Shown in pieces: positions 1 through 10,616 of a stretch of DNA of 64,000 nt; the first letter of the stretch is position 1; every line of letters starts with the position of its first letter. The position numbers and the translations under genes are program-made. This DNA comes from a virus. The stretch lies in IMG/VR virus record IMGVR_UViG_3300045988_133395, one strand, 5' to 3'. A model generated the notes under the pieces. It did no database searches and had not been told where the DNA came from. It saw only the letters and a list, made by a program, of their open reading frames with translations.

Positions 1-1
1 T

Positions 2-238
2 TTCATGTATATCATGTGTACAGCTACATTGAAGTTCTTATACATCGGTACTGAAACTGAAAACAGTAAATTGACTTCTATTCAAGAGAATTCTTTTGCA
101 CAGAATGGTGAAGCTATGATTACTGATCCAGAGGCTAAAGCATTTATTTATGGTGTTTCTGAACAAATGAAACCACTGATTAAAAAATCTTTGGCTAAAA
201 TGTATGCTAACCCTGATACAATGATTGAATTCAAATAA
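2..238 (+). CDS. partial CDS (C-terminal end of a gene starting upstream of window), hypothetical protein
   Basis: Reading frame open from window start to stop at 238; 77-aa ORF in track; lies at head of plus-strand structural module. Confidence 0.35.
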   Translation, partial: FMYIMCTATLKFLYIGTETENSKLTSIQENSFAQNGEAMITDPEAKAFIYGVSEQMKPLIKKSLAKMYANPDTMIEFK

Positions 239-253
239 GGAGGATTCTAAAAG

Positions 254-460
254 ATGACTAAAACTGTTTTGTATACCTATTTAGGTACTAATGGAACAAT
301 TACAAGTACAGTTCATCTTGAAGATATTTACTATATTCGTAAATATAGATTAGTAGCGGACGCAAGAAAAAGTCTTACCAAAGATGGTAAGACTTTTGTC
401 CAAAGCGTTACTATTCCAGAGGATGAACTGGATGAATGGCGAGAAGTTGGCCAAAAATAA
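254..460 (+). CDS. hypothetical small protein (68 aa)
   Basis: ORF with AGGAGG RBS 8 nt upstream (aaggaggattctaaaagATG); followed by hairpin terminator. Confidence 0.5.
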   Translation: MTKTVLYTYLGTNGTITSTVHLEDIYYIRKYRLVADARKSLTKDGKTFVQSVTIPEDELDEWREVGQK

Positions 461-504
461 TTATAAATAAATCTCTTTCTTTCATATCTTTTGAAAGAAA
501 AAGT

Positions 505-541
505 AAAGAGGAAAGAAGTAGTTTTTCTTTCCTCTTTTTTA
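505..541 (+). terminator. rho-independent terminator
   Basis: aaagaggaaagaa/ttctttcctctt hairpin followed by T-run. Confidence 0.5.
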
Positions 542-571
542 AAATTCTAAGAAAGGATTGGGATAAAATAG

Positions 572-2695
572 ATGATTACCTATGTAAATAATCAGAATAG
601 TGCAAGATATAATCGTCTTTTCTCAAAAGCTACAAAAGCTTTAAGTGATGCTGGCGAGTTAAAACTTACATATGTAGAAGTTCCTTTGGAAGAAAGCCAA
701 TTCGGAGAAGGAATGTATTTTGTAAAAACAAAAGACGGTCAATATGTCCAAGCAACTAATGCGTTTGACCCAACAGAAACATACTATGAACCAAGTAATG
801 GTATTACATCTCTTGCTGAGTATTTTGGTAGTATCGTTGAGTTAGCTGAAATTGATAAAATCTATACAGTTCTTCCATTAGATGAAGATGTATTTGAAAT
901 TGATGCTAATACAAGAGAGATTTCTGTTCCTCAAACATTTGCCAAAAATGGTGTATCCGTACAAGGTGACCATATTTCAGAAATTGTTTATTTCTTAGTA
1001 GATCGTTTTTATGATAACCAAGATTTAGATAACTGTAACGTTTATATTGAGTGGCAATTAAGTCAAAAAGATGAAAATGGTAATACTATTCAAGGTATTT
1101 CCGCACCTTATATTGCTGATGTAACAAGTAATCCTGGTAAGATTTTAATTGGATGGTGTTTAAATAACGACATCACTAAATATGCTGGTAATGTACAGTT
1201 CGCAGTTAGATTCTATATCCAAGATGAAGTTACTAACATGCTTACTTATTCTTTATCAACAAAGACCGCAACTGTAGCTATTAAGTCTACATTGGATTTC
1301 AACATTCCGCAAATGATGCTTGATGGTGAAAATGTATTTGATGAAGATGATAAGAAAGTTCTTGAAAGATTAGTAGATTCTACTGCTACTGGAGATACTA
1401 CAAAGGCTCAGCCTCCTGTATTTATCGAGAATCTTGCAGAAACAGTATCTTTCGCTACAGAAGTTGGTTATACTATGCAGCAAGTTGAAGCAATTTCCCC
1501 AGATGGTGGTACTTTATCCTATGTATGGAGAATGTATGATATTGATACAAATGAATACATTGGTCTATTAACTGCTCAAAATATTTATGTTCAAACTACT
1601 GATACTGCTCAGAGTAATACTAAATATTATTATAAATCTACTGCTACAGAAGACGGAGTTCCAGCTTATGAGTTAATGACAGAAGAAGAATTAAGAGCTG
1701 TAGATTGGACCGCTCCAACAGGCGTTCTTGAAAGAAAATCTCAGGTTAAGATTACTGCTACTGGACGTTATGTAGCTGTTGCAACAAACCGTGTAGGAAA
1801 AAGCCGTGAAAGCACATTAAGTGTTATTTGTCAAATCTTCCACCCAAGCGAAGTTACTATCGTTAAAGATATTGATGAATCTTTAGTTCTTAAAGAAGCT
1901 GAAGAATTCAAAGGTGTTTTAACAACTCAGACTGGTAAGAGTGATAGTGGTGTTATTACATATCAATGGTATAAGATTAAACCAGAGAATGTAAAAGATG
2001 CTTTTGACGATGAAGGTAAATTGAAGAAAGTTCAGACTAAACACTATGATAATAAAGATAAACCAAATCTTGTTACAAGTGTTGACATTAATGCTCCTTG
2101 GGAGAAAATTGCGGACGCTGTTAATCCAATTTATACAGTTGTAGGTTCTAATGATGCAACTGATAAAGCTGGAGCAGTTGGAGATGGATATTATGCAGTA
2201 GTTGCTACTAATAGTATCAACAATGAAACTTCAACTGAAGAGACAAGAAATTGTCGTGTAACTCATACTGCAAGTCCTGTTACTATTGAAATCTCAAGTT
2301 TCGATGGACATGGAGACCCAGTAGTAGACACTCCTAAAAAGACTGAATTAAAAGTTGATTATGCCATCGCTCACAGTTATGGATTGAAAGTTGATTATTC
2401 ATTAGCTAAAGAACGTGGCGAAGGTCTTATGAGAACTGATGCCGATACTATTACATATCAATGGTATAAATACTATAAAGGTACAAACAGTAACATTGAT
2501 GAAGATGTTCAAGATGCGGCACTTGGTAATTATAACTTTGATGGTGATGTTCCTATTGATGGAGAAACTCAACCAATCTTTAAGCCAAAAGAGAATGAAG
2601 GCGGATATTACTATTGTATGGTTAGAAATACATATAATGGAACAACCGCAGATAGATGTTCTAAGTTCTTCTTAGTAGTTTCTACTCAAGAGTAA
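572..2695 (+). CDS. virion surface/structural protein: conserved N-terminal domain (shared with next gene) followed by three Ig-like (I-set-like) domains
   Basis: 707-aa ORF; three repeats of the pattern ITYQWYK...G(x)YxAVATN...C typical of Ig I-set strands (GRYVAVATNRVGKS..., GYYAVVATNSINNE..., GGYYYCMVRNTYNG...); N-terminal 250 aa paralogous to 2720..3343. Confidence 0.6.
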   Translation: MITYVNNQNSARYNRLFSKATKALSDAGELKLTYVEVPLEESQFGEGMYFVKTKDGQYVQATNAFDPTETYYEPSNGITSLAEYFGSIVELAEIDKIYTVLPLDEDVFEIDANTREISVPQTFAKNGVSVQGDHISEIVYFLVDRFYDNQDLDNCNVYIEWQLSQKDENGNTIQGISAPYIADVTSNPGKILIGWCLNNDITKYAGNVQFAVRFYIQDEVTNMLTYSLSTKTATVAIKSTLDFNIPQMMLDGENVFDEDDKKVLERLVDSTATGDTTKAQPPVFIENLAETVSFATEVGYTMQQVEAISPDGGTLSYVWRMYDIDTNEYIGLLTAQNIYVQTTDTAQSNTKYYYKSTATEDGVPAYELMTEEELRAVDWTAPTGVLERKSQVKITATGRYVAVATNRVGKSRESTLSVICQIFHPSEVTIVKDIDESLVLKEAEEFKGVLTTQTGKSDSGVITYQWYKIKPENVKDAFDDEGKLKKVQTKHYDNKDKPNLVTSVDINAPWEKIADAVNPIYTVVGSNDATDKAGAVGDGYYAVVATNSINNETSTEETRNCRVTHTASPVTIEISSFDGHGDPVVDTPKKTELKVDYAIAHSYGLKVDYSLAKERGEGLMRTDADTITYQWYKYYKGTNSNIDEDVQDAALGNYNFDGDVPIDGETQPIFKPKENEGGYYYCMVRNTYNGTTADRCSKFFLVVSTQE

Positions 2696-2719
2696 TAAAA
2701 CAGTTAAGGAGGGTTAAGC

Positions 2720-3343
2720 ATGGTTACTAATATGCAGGAATATTATGATTTACTCTATCGTATTCAAGATCAAAATAAGCCGAGCTTAGCTGTTTTAATT
2801 CCATCTACAGAAACGATTTATGATGTTGATTTGTCTACAAGAACAATTAATGGTCCAGCCTCTCTTGGTGTAGAGGCTGACCACCGTTCTGAAATTATCT
2901 ATTTTAAATTAAATAGATATTATGACCATATGGATTTAATTAATACAACTTGTTTAATTCAATATGAAAATGCGGAAGGAAAATCTGGACTTTACGTAGT
3001 TCCTTTTTATGATACAGATACTTTTATTGATGAAGATAAGTTGCTAATTCCATGGTGTATTAGTGGACGAGTAGCTGCGGCCGCAGGTAAAGTAAAATAT
3101 TCAATTCGATTTTACAGTATAGATAGTAGTAAATCTGAATTAACTTATAATCTGAGTACAATCGAAACTACAACTGAGATTAAACAAAGTTTAGTAGTAG
3201 ATATTAACTTAGATGAAGAAGGCGATAATGACAGAGTACAGAGAATTCTTGATACTAAAGAATATACTGTAACTGAACAATTAATCGCACGAATTGATCA
3301 AATTAATAAGCAAATGGACATATTTTGGCAAGACGCTTATTAA
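2720..3343 (+). CDS. structural protein, paralog of N-terminal domain of preceding gene
   Basis: 207-aa ORF, GGAGG RBS; aligns to 572..2695 product (DHRSEIIYFKLNRYYDHMDL / DHISEIVYFLVDRFYDNQDL; LLIPWCISG...IRFYSID...LTYNLST / ILIGWCLNN...VRFYIQD...LTYSLST). Confidence 0.6.
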   Translation: MVTNMQEYYDLLYRIQDQNKPSLAVLIPSTETIYDVDLSTRTINGPASLGVEADHRSEIIYFKLNRYYDHMDLINTTCLIQYENAEGKSGLYVVPFYDTDTFIDEDKLLIPWCISGRVAAAAGKVKYSIRFYSIDSSKSELTYNLSTIETTTEIKQSLVVDINLDEEGDNDRVQRILDTKEYTVTEQLIARIDQINKQMDIFWQDAY

Positions 3344-3349
3344 ATATAT

Positions 3350-3387
3350 AGGGGATAAGACATTTTGTCTTATCCCCTTATTTTTGT
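3350..3387 (+). terminator. rho-independent terminator
   Basis: aggggataagaca/tgtcttatcccct perfect hairpin + TTATTTTT. Confidence 0.6.
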
Positions 3388-3446
3388 TTAATAGGCCAAA
3401 TTATAATAATATTTTTAGTCAAGTTTTTATATATCATAGAATGAAA

Positions 3447-3475
3447 TTGACTTAACGTCGTTTTTATGATATAAT
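3447..3475 (+). promoter_or_regulatory. sigma70/sigmaA-type promoter TTGACT-17-TATAAT upstream of tail-fibre gene
   Basis: Perfect -35 TTGACT (3447-3452), 17-nt spacer, -10 TATAAT (3470-3475), 29 nt upstream of TTG start at 3505. Confidence 0.55.
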
Positions 3476-3504
3476 TAACTCAGAGAGAAAGGAGGATTTT
3501 CCTT

Positions 3505-6500
3505 TTGGCAAATTATGTTAAATTTAAACAAGGTTTAAAAAAGGACTTTAATACAACAAATCAGCCATTAACAAATGGTATGATTTATTTTGTTATAGAT
3601 GAAAATAATAATGGTTCTATATACTATGATACTATTGTTGATGGCAAACAAGCTACTAAAAATGGAGCTGTCCATAGAGTTAAATTTTCTGGTTTACCAA
3701 TTAAAATAACTGGTTCTGTAACAGGAACAGGAGTTATTTCTCAAGATGGTGAAACTATTGAAATAAATACATCAACTAATCACTCTCATGGATTAGCGCA
3801 TCAAGATTTTACTGTAACTTTATCAAATGATGATACTAATTTAAAATGGACAAGATTAGGAAACCAAAATGGGGAAGGCTTTTGGTTAAAATCTATTAAA
3901 GGAAATGTTAAAGCTCCAGCTTGGTTCCAACCTAATTATGGTACAGGTATTGCTTTCGGCGGTGGAAGTACAAAGGGTATTATATCTGTTAAATATAATG
4001 AACCCAGTATTAGATTTGCAGGAGGAAATGGTGATGCTCCAGTTTGGTATTTTACCATTACTGGTTCTAATGATAAATCCTATGATTTAAATAGGATTGG
4101 TGGTCATTCAAGTGATAGTGCAAAATTAGACCATAATATTACTTTTAAGATTGCTTCTACTGCTGATGCAACTAATGGCGCCAATGGCACTAAAACTGAT
4201 TTATCTGGTCCCGCAGTTAATTTATATTTGCCAACAAAAATATCTGGTTTTGATTTATTACAAGCATCAAGATTTCAAGGTAATGCAGATAGTGCAACAT
4301 ATGCCACTTCAGCAGGTTATGCAAAAGGATTATTCTTAAACCCAGAAACTCGTCAAGAGGATATGAACTTTAATTTGGCAGATGCTAAATATATAAAAAA
4401 AGTAACATATTCTATGGCAACCTCTACTACTAAGAAAAATAAACCTCCAATAGGAGACGCAAATATTCTTTCTTTTGGATGGGACAATTCTGGTTATGGT
4501 TCTCAGTTAGCAATTCAAAATAGTGGTGCTGGTCATTTAGCTGTTAGAGGTTCTGGCTCTACTAATGGAGCTTCATCTTGGGGTGAATGGAGTACCGTTT
4601 TAGATTCTTCCAACTATACCTCTTATATAAATAATTATTATTGGGCAAATGTAAAAGTATCTACTGCATCAAGTACGGAAACCAAACCAACATTTAATAC
4701 TGCTTATACTTCTAACTGGTGGCGTTCAACTGGCAAAACAGGATGGTGGAATGATACTTATAGTGGCGGTATTGCCATGGAAGATAAAACATATGTAAAA
4801 GTTGCTGGTAATAAGAGTTTCTTCATTCCAAATGGTTCTTTAAAAATTGGTGGTAATGGAGACATTTTCTTCGCTACTGGATATGATGATGCTACTTTAA
4901 AAATATATGGTCAGACTAATACTGATTTTGGTGCTGAAACCATTGTAATTCAAACTTGTTTTGATAATCGAGATCCACAAACATCAGAATATACAACTCA
5001 ATATGCGAATAGATGTAATTTATTATTGCAACCAAGAGGTGGACAAGTTTATATTGGTAAAAATTTAACTACTCCTGGAGATGTAGGATATAAATTATTG
5101 GTTGGTGGAAATCAATGGATTGAGGGTAATTTAGTGTTTAAAGGCGCTAAAGAAATTAAATTTATTGGTTCTAAACAAACTTATTCAATGATTCGTTTTA
5201 TTGATAATACCAGTGACAATTATGGAAATGGTATTTCTATTGGTGGTGGCGGTTCAACAGTTATTGGAGCTGGTGAATCTGCAATGTCTTATGTTACTAA
5301 TGGCGGAGATGAAAGATTATTCTTATTATCTGATGGCGCTATTAATATTGAGGCTGGCGGAGATACTATTTCAAATAGAAAAGGACTTCAAGTTACAAGT
5401 GATGGACATATTCTTCCTATTAAGGCAGAAAACAGTAATCCTAATGCCCAAGATTTAGGAAGTGCAGCTGATTATTGGAGAAATTTATATATAAATAATA
5501 TTACTTTACAAAGTCAAGTTGGGAATAGATTAGTTTGGACAAATGGAAGTAAAATACTCCAAGCAGGATACCATTATGCAGATACAGATAGAATTGCAAT
5601 TAATACAGCTGGACGACAAGGATATAATTTTTATGTAAATGGTTCTTCTTATTTTAGTAGTAATACTTATATCCATAGAAATTATTTTCTTAATAATCCT
5701 TCTACTGGGGCAGGTGAATTAATTCTTACTGCTTTAGGATATAAAAGTGCTGGATACCCAGTTTATAATGACCCAGAATTTGCGTCTGGTTCAAATAGTA
5801 TTTCTGTATATAATAATGCTGCTAATGGAACTGTTACTCATGCTATAGTAAGTGATGCTTCAAGCGGAAATTCATCTGGAAAAGTTTTAAAAATTACTCA
5901 TACAGGTTCAGGTTCTCCTGGTTTTGGAGGATTTGTTCAATATATCTCATCTCGTGCAAATGCTATTTTTATCCAAATTTTTAGAGCAAAAATTCCAACA
6001 GGAAGAAATGTTGCAACAGCTTCAAATAGTATGGGAGATAATTATAAAGATGAATGGCTAACTCCAACAACTGGAACAGGAAGATGGGAATGGTATGCAA
6101 GGCGTGTAATTTGTGGCGCAAGTGGCACATTTTCAACTGGCGGTCATGTTTATATTAAAGATGGAGTCGCTCCAACAGCTTCATCTCCATTAGTATGGTA
6201 TTTATCATATTGTAATGTTATTGATGTTACCAAAGGTAATTATGATGGATTAAGAACCAGATATTCAGACTTTGTAATATATGATTCTGGTGAAAATGGA
6301 AAAGATAATAAGACTCCTATTAATGATAAATATGTTGCTAAAATTGTTACAAAAACTTCAAATGGAACAACTTTTACTCTTAGAGGATTAAATGGTGCAG
6401 GTAATGAATTAGCTGATGCAGTTTTAACTATTCCAAATGCGGGAAGTGGAAAAGCCGGTCTTATCACTGATGCAGCGCAAACTATTTATGGAGAAAAAAC

Positions 6501-9500
6501 TTTAACCAGTAATCTTCGTTTTGCTAATGTTACTACTGGAACAAGAGGTATTGTAGGTACAATTGCAGATAATGATTATTGGCGAGTTGTAGGTTGTGCA
6601 GATAAAACTAATGAAGGTTATCTTGAAATCGCAACTGGTGATGACGCTAATGAACCTATTTACATGAGACAATATTCTGGGGTTTTTAAAACAGTAAAAA
6701 GAACTTTTACTATTTTAGATGGTTCTGGACGTTCTCGTGCGCCTGAATTATTTGAGGCTAAAAAGGTTCATGTTAATAGTAAATTAAATCAAAGCACTGC
6801 AATAGCAGATATAAGTTATCAATTTCAAGTTACTGGAACAAGTAATTTTACAGATACAGTAAATATATCTGGCGTCACAAATCATCATAATAATATTCAA
6901 ATCGATGCTAATTATAGTATTGCGAGACCAGGAAAAAATTCAGCTTGGTATGGTTCTCATAATAATGCTATGATTAGAATGACCAGTGTTAATGACTGGT
7001 CCCCTTTGTTAGCTCAAAAAGCGACTAATGGCTATTGGATTTTAGGTCATTATAATTATCATAATGAAAAGGATGAAAATGATAAAAATAGTGATTTTAG
7101 AGATCAATGGCTATTTGGATATTTAGCAAATAGTAATCTTGAAGGAACAACTGGTGCTTCAAATTCATTAACAACTACTTATAGATTATTAAATATTGGT
7201 GGAAATGATAATCAAAGAATGTTCGTTTCTGCAAAATATAATGCGGTAGTAGGGTCTGAAACTCAACCTGTTTATGTCCAAAGCAATGGTAATGTAGCTA
7301 CTTGTAGTTATAGTTTAAGTGCTACTATTGAGGCCGGAACCGCAAATAGAATGGCATATTATAAAGCAGCTAATCAAATTGGTTCTTCTGGTCATTATGT
7401 AACTTCAAGTCAAGTCGGAATTAATTCAAATACTACACATGATTTTACTTTTTATGTTGGTGGAAATAGTTATTTTTCTAATTTAGTAACTGTTTATGCA
7501 GGAAATAACTTAGGTGTAAAGATTGGTAATACTAATATCACTGCTATAGATGGTTCATTAATATTTCAAAATAATACTGCTTTAAGATTTGGTAGTAGTG
7601 AATGGGATTGGAATAAATGGGCTGGTTTAAAATATATTCCAGATAGTAAAACTATTGTAATGGGATTAGCAGATTCTACTAATTTTGTTGCTAATGCGGT
7701 TCAATCTGGTGGAACATTTTTATTTACTGGTATGTCATCTATTGACTTAAATAAAACTGCTTCAATTAAGAATCTTGCTATTGGAGGAGGTATTTATTGG
7801 AATCCATATGTAGAAAGTGCTGGAGATGGGTCGGATGCGGCCAGTATTACGGTTATTGCGCACGGAGCTGCAGATGGAACTGAATTAAGAATTCAACAAC
7901 AGAATGATGCAAATGATATTATTAATTTAGTTGTTAATAATTCAATTTTTCTTAATGGTAAAAGAGCTTTTAGACCTTATGATGGTTGGTTAAGAATTAA
8001 TGAAGATTCCAGTTTCGGCTATGGTATTTATACTGGATCAAGTTTAGTTAGAAGTGATAATCAACTTCAAGTTGGAGATAGTGGAAATAAATTTTATGCT
8101 AATTCAGCAGGAGACGGCTATTTTAGTAACGCTTTAGGTATCGCTGGAACTAACACTAATTACAGATTGTATGTAGATGGAAAAACTTGGTTAAGAGATG
8201 CTCTTTATATCGGTAGTGATACAAATGGTAAAAATAAGAATTATATTGCTTTTTATGGAACATATGGCGATGGCGAAGGTTATTTTAATCATACTTATAT
8301 TGGTGAAAATGTATTTAGCACTTCAGGAGAGTCATCTGAATTAGTATTATTTAAAGGAAATGATCAAGGTAGTAATGATACAGTTGAATCTATAACGGGT
8401 TCAGGTCCAGATAGAATTAGACATATTGCGGCGGGTCATTTATTCCAAGTATACAGAACTGCAATGTCAGGTAGTTTTAGTGATGTTTGTGCTTCAACAG
8501 CACCTTCAACTGTATTAGAAGTAAATGGTGGCGGATTATCTATTCATGGACAAAAAATTACTTTTACAACAACTAATTCTTCTGGTTCTTCAATTAACTC
8601 TATAGGTTCTGTTGTTAGAATTTATGGAAATACATATGGAAATGATGCAAATTATTTAATAAGTAAAACTGCAGGAGTATTTTCATATGGAGATGGTGGT
8701 CCACAAATTAGATTCGGTACAAATTATGCAGGTAACCAACAAGAAGGAGCTTTAATTTATACAGATCATAATAGTGCCGGAGCAGGAGTAAGTTGGCATT
8801 TTGTTTCTAATCAGTCTGATTGGAGTGTAAATTCTAAAAGATATGTAGCTCGAACCAGTGTAACTATTGGTAGTTTATTACCAAATACTTCATATGCATT
8901 ATATGTTGGCGGAGGAGAGTCATATTATACAAATCATATTAATATGCAGCAAAATGCTTCAATTCTTTTTCCTCAAGTGAATCAATTTTTAAGATGGACA
9001 TCATCTACTTCAAATAATAATTCTACGGGGCGCACTTGGTATGGAATAGGAACTTATCAAGCTGGAGATAGTTATAATTGGCTAAATATTTCTAACTATT
9101 GGGGAATTAATATTACGACCAAAGATGATACCCATTTACAGCATAATGGAAAAGTTCTTACTAATAGTGGAAATGCAACTGGAACAGTTGGTTCTTCTAC
9201 AAAACCTGTTTATTCTAATCAGGGTGTTTTAACACCTATTACTTCATATGAAGGTAATGCAGCAACAGCAACGAATGCAACTAATGCTAAGAATTCTGAT
9301 ACTGTTGACAATTACCACGCATCATCTTTTTTCATTCAGGATAGACTTGAGCCAACCAGTACAGCTGGAAATGATGGATTGTGGGGATTAACTGGAAATA
9401 GAAGCTTTCATGGCGCTTTACCAGAGGGTTTGTCAAATATATATCCATATGGTCAATTAATCTCTTTTTCAACTAATAATGCAGCAAGATTTCAAATTTA

Positions 9501-10605
9501 TGCTGCACACATGGGTTCAGTTGATTCAACTTTATCTTATAGAACTGGTTGGGGAACAGATAAAAGAGTATGGAGAACTTTTATTGATTCTGGTAATATT
9601 GGAAAACAATCTGTAAATTATGCTGCAAGCGCAGGAAATGCAGATACCGTAGATGGATATCATGCAGCTGATTTATTTTCTGGCGGATATAAAACAACAC
9701 TGGATTTATCTGCTTTAAATAATAATCTTTATTATCCTGTTACAGGAGCATCTATACCTGCCAATGGTTATCATAAAATTAAAGTTTCTGTACACCTTAA
9801 TTCTGGTACAAAACCATCTTGGGCTACGCATAACTCTGGTTTTACAACTAATGTAGAATTATATACTACTGCTTCTGGATGGGGCACAACACATGGTGAG
9901 ACTATTATTTTGAATGATAGTTATAATTTTACAAATTGTGGACAAGTTGTAGGTTTTACTCAAAATGGAAATACCAGTACGCCAGTTTTATGGTTAAGAG
10001 GTGGAGGAAAATATTTTGTAGAATGTGATTATCAGGCATCATGGACAATTAGAACTTCATTGTATTATACACAAGGAAGTTCCAGTGATACTTATCACCA
10101 GACTGTTGAACCTCAATCATCATATCCAGGATTTAAAGCTGGAGATGGTGGAGCTATTAATGGTGTTATTAGAGCTGGTCAAGTTTATGGGGCAGTATGG
10201 AATGACTATGCAGAATATCGTAAAACTAAAGAATATATTCAACCAGGTTATTGTGTCATTGAAACAGGAAAAGGAGATTTAATTAAATCTTCTGAAAGAT
10301 TACAGCCAGGAGCAAACATAGTATCTGATACTTTTGGATTTGCGATTGGTGAAACTGAACAAACTAAAACTCCACTTGCGGTCTCAGGTAGGGTATTAGC
10401 TTATCCTTATGAAGATAGAGATTTATATCAAGCTGGTGATCCAGTTTGTTCTGGACCTAATGGAACTATTTCAAAAATGACTCGTGAAGAAGTCAGAGAA
10501 TATCCAGAACGAATTATTGGTACAGTATCAGAGATTCCAAATTATGAAGTTTGGGGAACTGGTAATGTAAAAGTAAATAATCGTATTTGGATTAAAGTTA
10601 AATAG
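3505..10605 (+). CDS. giant tail fibre / tail spike protein (2366 aa)
   Basis: TTG start with AGGAGG RBS; Gly/Asn/Ser/Thr-rich beta-helix-like repeats (YVGGNSYFSN, YVNGSSYFSS, YVGGGESYYTN), duplicated motif N(A/S)DTVD(G/N)YHA(A/S)(D/S)(L/F)F, distinct C-terminal domain; size and composition typical of phage fibres. Confidence 0.75.
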   Translation: MANYVKFKQGLKKDFNTTNQPLTNGMIYFVIDENNNGSIYYDTIVDGKQATKNGAVHRVKFSGLPIKITGSVTGTGVISQDGETIEINTSTNHSHGLAHQDFTVTLSNDDTNLKWTRLGNQNGEGFWLKSIKGNVKAPAWFQPNYGTGIAFGGGSTKGIISVKYNEPSIRFAGGNGDAPVWYFTITGSNDKSYDLNRIGGHSSDSAKLDHNITFKIASTADATNGANGTKTDLSGPAVNLYLPTKISGFDLLQASRFQGNADSATYATSAGYAKGLFLNPETRQEDMNFNLADAKYIKKVTYSMATSTTKKNKPPIGDANILSFGWDNSGYGSQLAIQNSGAGHLAVRGSGSTNGASSWGEWSTVLDSSNYTSYINNYYWANVKVSTASSTETKPTFNTAYTSNWWRSTGKTGWWNDTYSGGIAMEDKTYVKVAGNKSFFIPNGSLKIGGNGDIFFATGYDDATLKIYGQTNTDFGAETIVIQTCFDNRDPQTSEYTTQYANRCNLLLQPRGGQVYIGKNLTTPGDVGYKLLVGGNQWIEGNLVFKGAKEIKFIGSKQTYSMIRFIDNTSDNYGNGISIGGGGSTVIGAGESAMSYVTNGGDERLFLLSDGAINIEAGGDTISNRKGLQVTSDGHILPIKAENSNPNAQDLGSAADYWRNLYINNITLQSQVGNRLVWTNGSKILQAGYHYADTDRIAINTAGRQGYNFYVNGSSYFSSNTYIHRNYFLNNPSTGAGELILTALGYKSAGYPVYNDPEFASGSNSISVYNNAANGTVTHAIVSDASSGNSSGKVLKITHTGSGSPGFGGFVQYISSRANAIFIQIFRAKIPTGRNVATASNSMGDNYKDEWLTPTTGTGRWEWYARRVICGASGTFSTGGHVYIKDGVAPTASSPLVWYLSYCNVIDVTKGNYDGLRTRYSDFVIYDSGENGKDNKTPINDKYVAKIVTKTSNGTTFTLRGLNGAGNELADAVLTIPNAGSGKAGLITDAAQTIYGEKTLTSNLRFANVTTGTRGIVGTIADNDYWRVVGCADKTNEGYLEIATGDDANEPIYMRQYSGVFKTVKRTFTILDGSGRSRAPELFEAKKVHVNSKLNQSTAIADISYQFQVTGTSNFTDTVNISGVTNHHNNIQIDANYSIARPGKNSAWYGSHNNAMIRMTSVNDWSPLLAQKATNGYWILGHYNYHNEKDENDKNSDFRDQWLFGYLANSNLEGTTGASNSLTTTYRLLNIGGNDNQRMFVSAKYNAVVGSETQPVYVQSNGNVATCSYSLSATIEAGTANRMAYYKAANQIGSSGHYVTSSQVGINSNTTHDFTFYVGGNSYFSNLVTVYAGNNLGVKIGNTNITAIDGSLIFQNNTALRFGSSEWDWNKWAGLKYIPDSKTIVMGLADSTNFVANAVQSGGTFLFTGMSSIDLNKTASIKNLAIGGGIYWNPYVESAGDGSDAASITVIAHGAADGTELRIQQQNDANDIINLVVNNSIFLNGKRAFRPYDGWLRINEDSSFGYGIYTGSSLVRSDNQLQVGDSGNKFYANSAGDGYFSNALGIAGTNTNYRLYVDGKTWLRDALYIGSDTNGKNKNYIAFYGTYGDGEGYFNHTYIGENVFSTSGESSELVLFKGNDQGSNDTVESITGSGPDRIRHIAAGHLFQVYRTAMSGSFSDVCASTAPSTVLEVNGGGLSIHGQKITFTTTNSSGSSINSIGSVVRIYGNTYGNDANYLISKTAGVFSYGDGGPQIRFGTNYAGNQQEGALIYTDHNSAGAGVSWHFVSNQSDWSVNSKRYVARTSVTIGSLLPNTSYALYVGGGESYYTNHINMQQNASILFPQVNQFLRWTSSTSNNNSTGRTWYGIGTYQAGDSYNWLNISNYWGINITTKDDTHLQHNGKVLTNSGNATGTVGSSTKPVYSNQGVLTPITSYEGNAATATNATNAKNSDTVDNYHASSFFIQDRLEPTSTAGNDGLWGLTGNRSFHGALPEGLSNIYPYGQLISFSTNNAARFQIYAAHMGSVDSTLSYRTGWGTDKRVWRTFIDSGNIGKQSVNYAASAGNADTVDGYHAADLFSGGYKTTLDLSALNNNLYYPVTGASIPANGYHKIKVSVHLNSGTKPSWATHNSGFTTNVELYTTASGWGTTHGETIILNDSYNFTNCGQVVGFTQNGNTSTPVLWLRGGGKYFVECDYQASWTIRTSLYYTQGSSSDTYHQTVEPQSSYPGFKAGDGGAINGVIRAGQVYGAVWNDYAEYRKTKEYIQPGYCVIETGKGDLIKSSERLQPGANIVSDTFGFAIGETEQTKTPLAVSGRVLAYPYEDRDLYQAGDPVCSGPNGTISKMTREEVREYPERIIGTVSEIPNYEVWGTGNVKVNNRIWIKVK

Positions 10606-10616
10606 GAGGAATAATT

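Noticed and set aside
2439-2675. 78-aa ORF inside 572..2695
   Set aside because: Off-frame internal ORF with no RBS.
3905-10282. Short ORFs (3905..4090, 4151..4339, 5201..5458, 10025..10282 on +; 6240..6467 on -) inside the giant fibre gene
   Set aside because: Alternative-frame or antisense ORFs nested within a 7.1-kb CDS with strong RBS and coherent repeats. No RBS, and hydrophobic low-complexity translations typical of off-frame AT-rich sequence.
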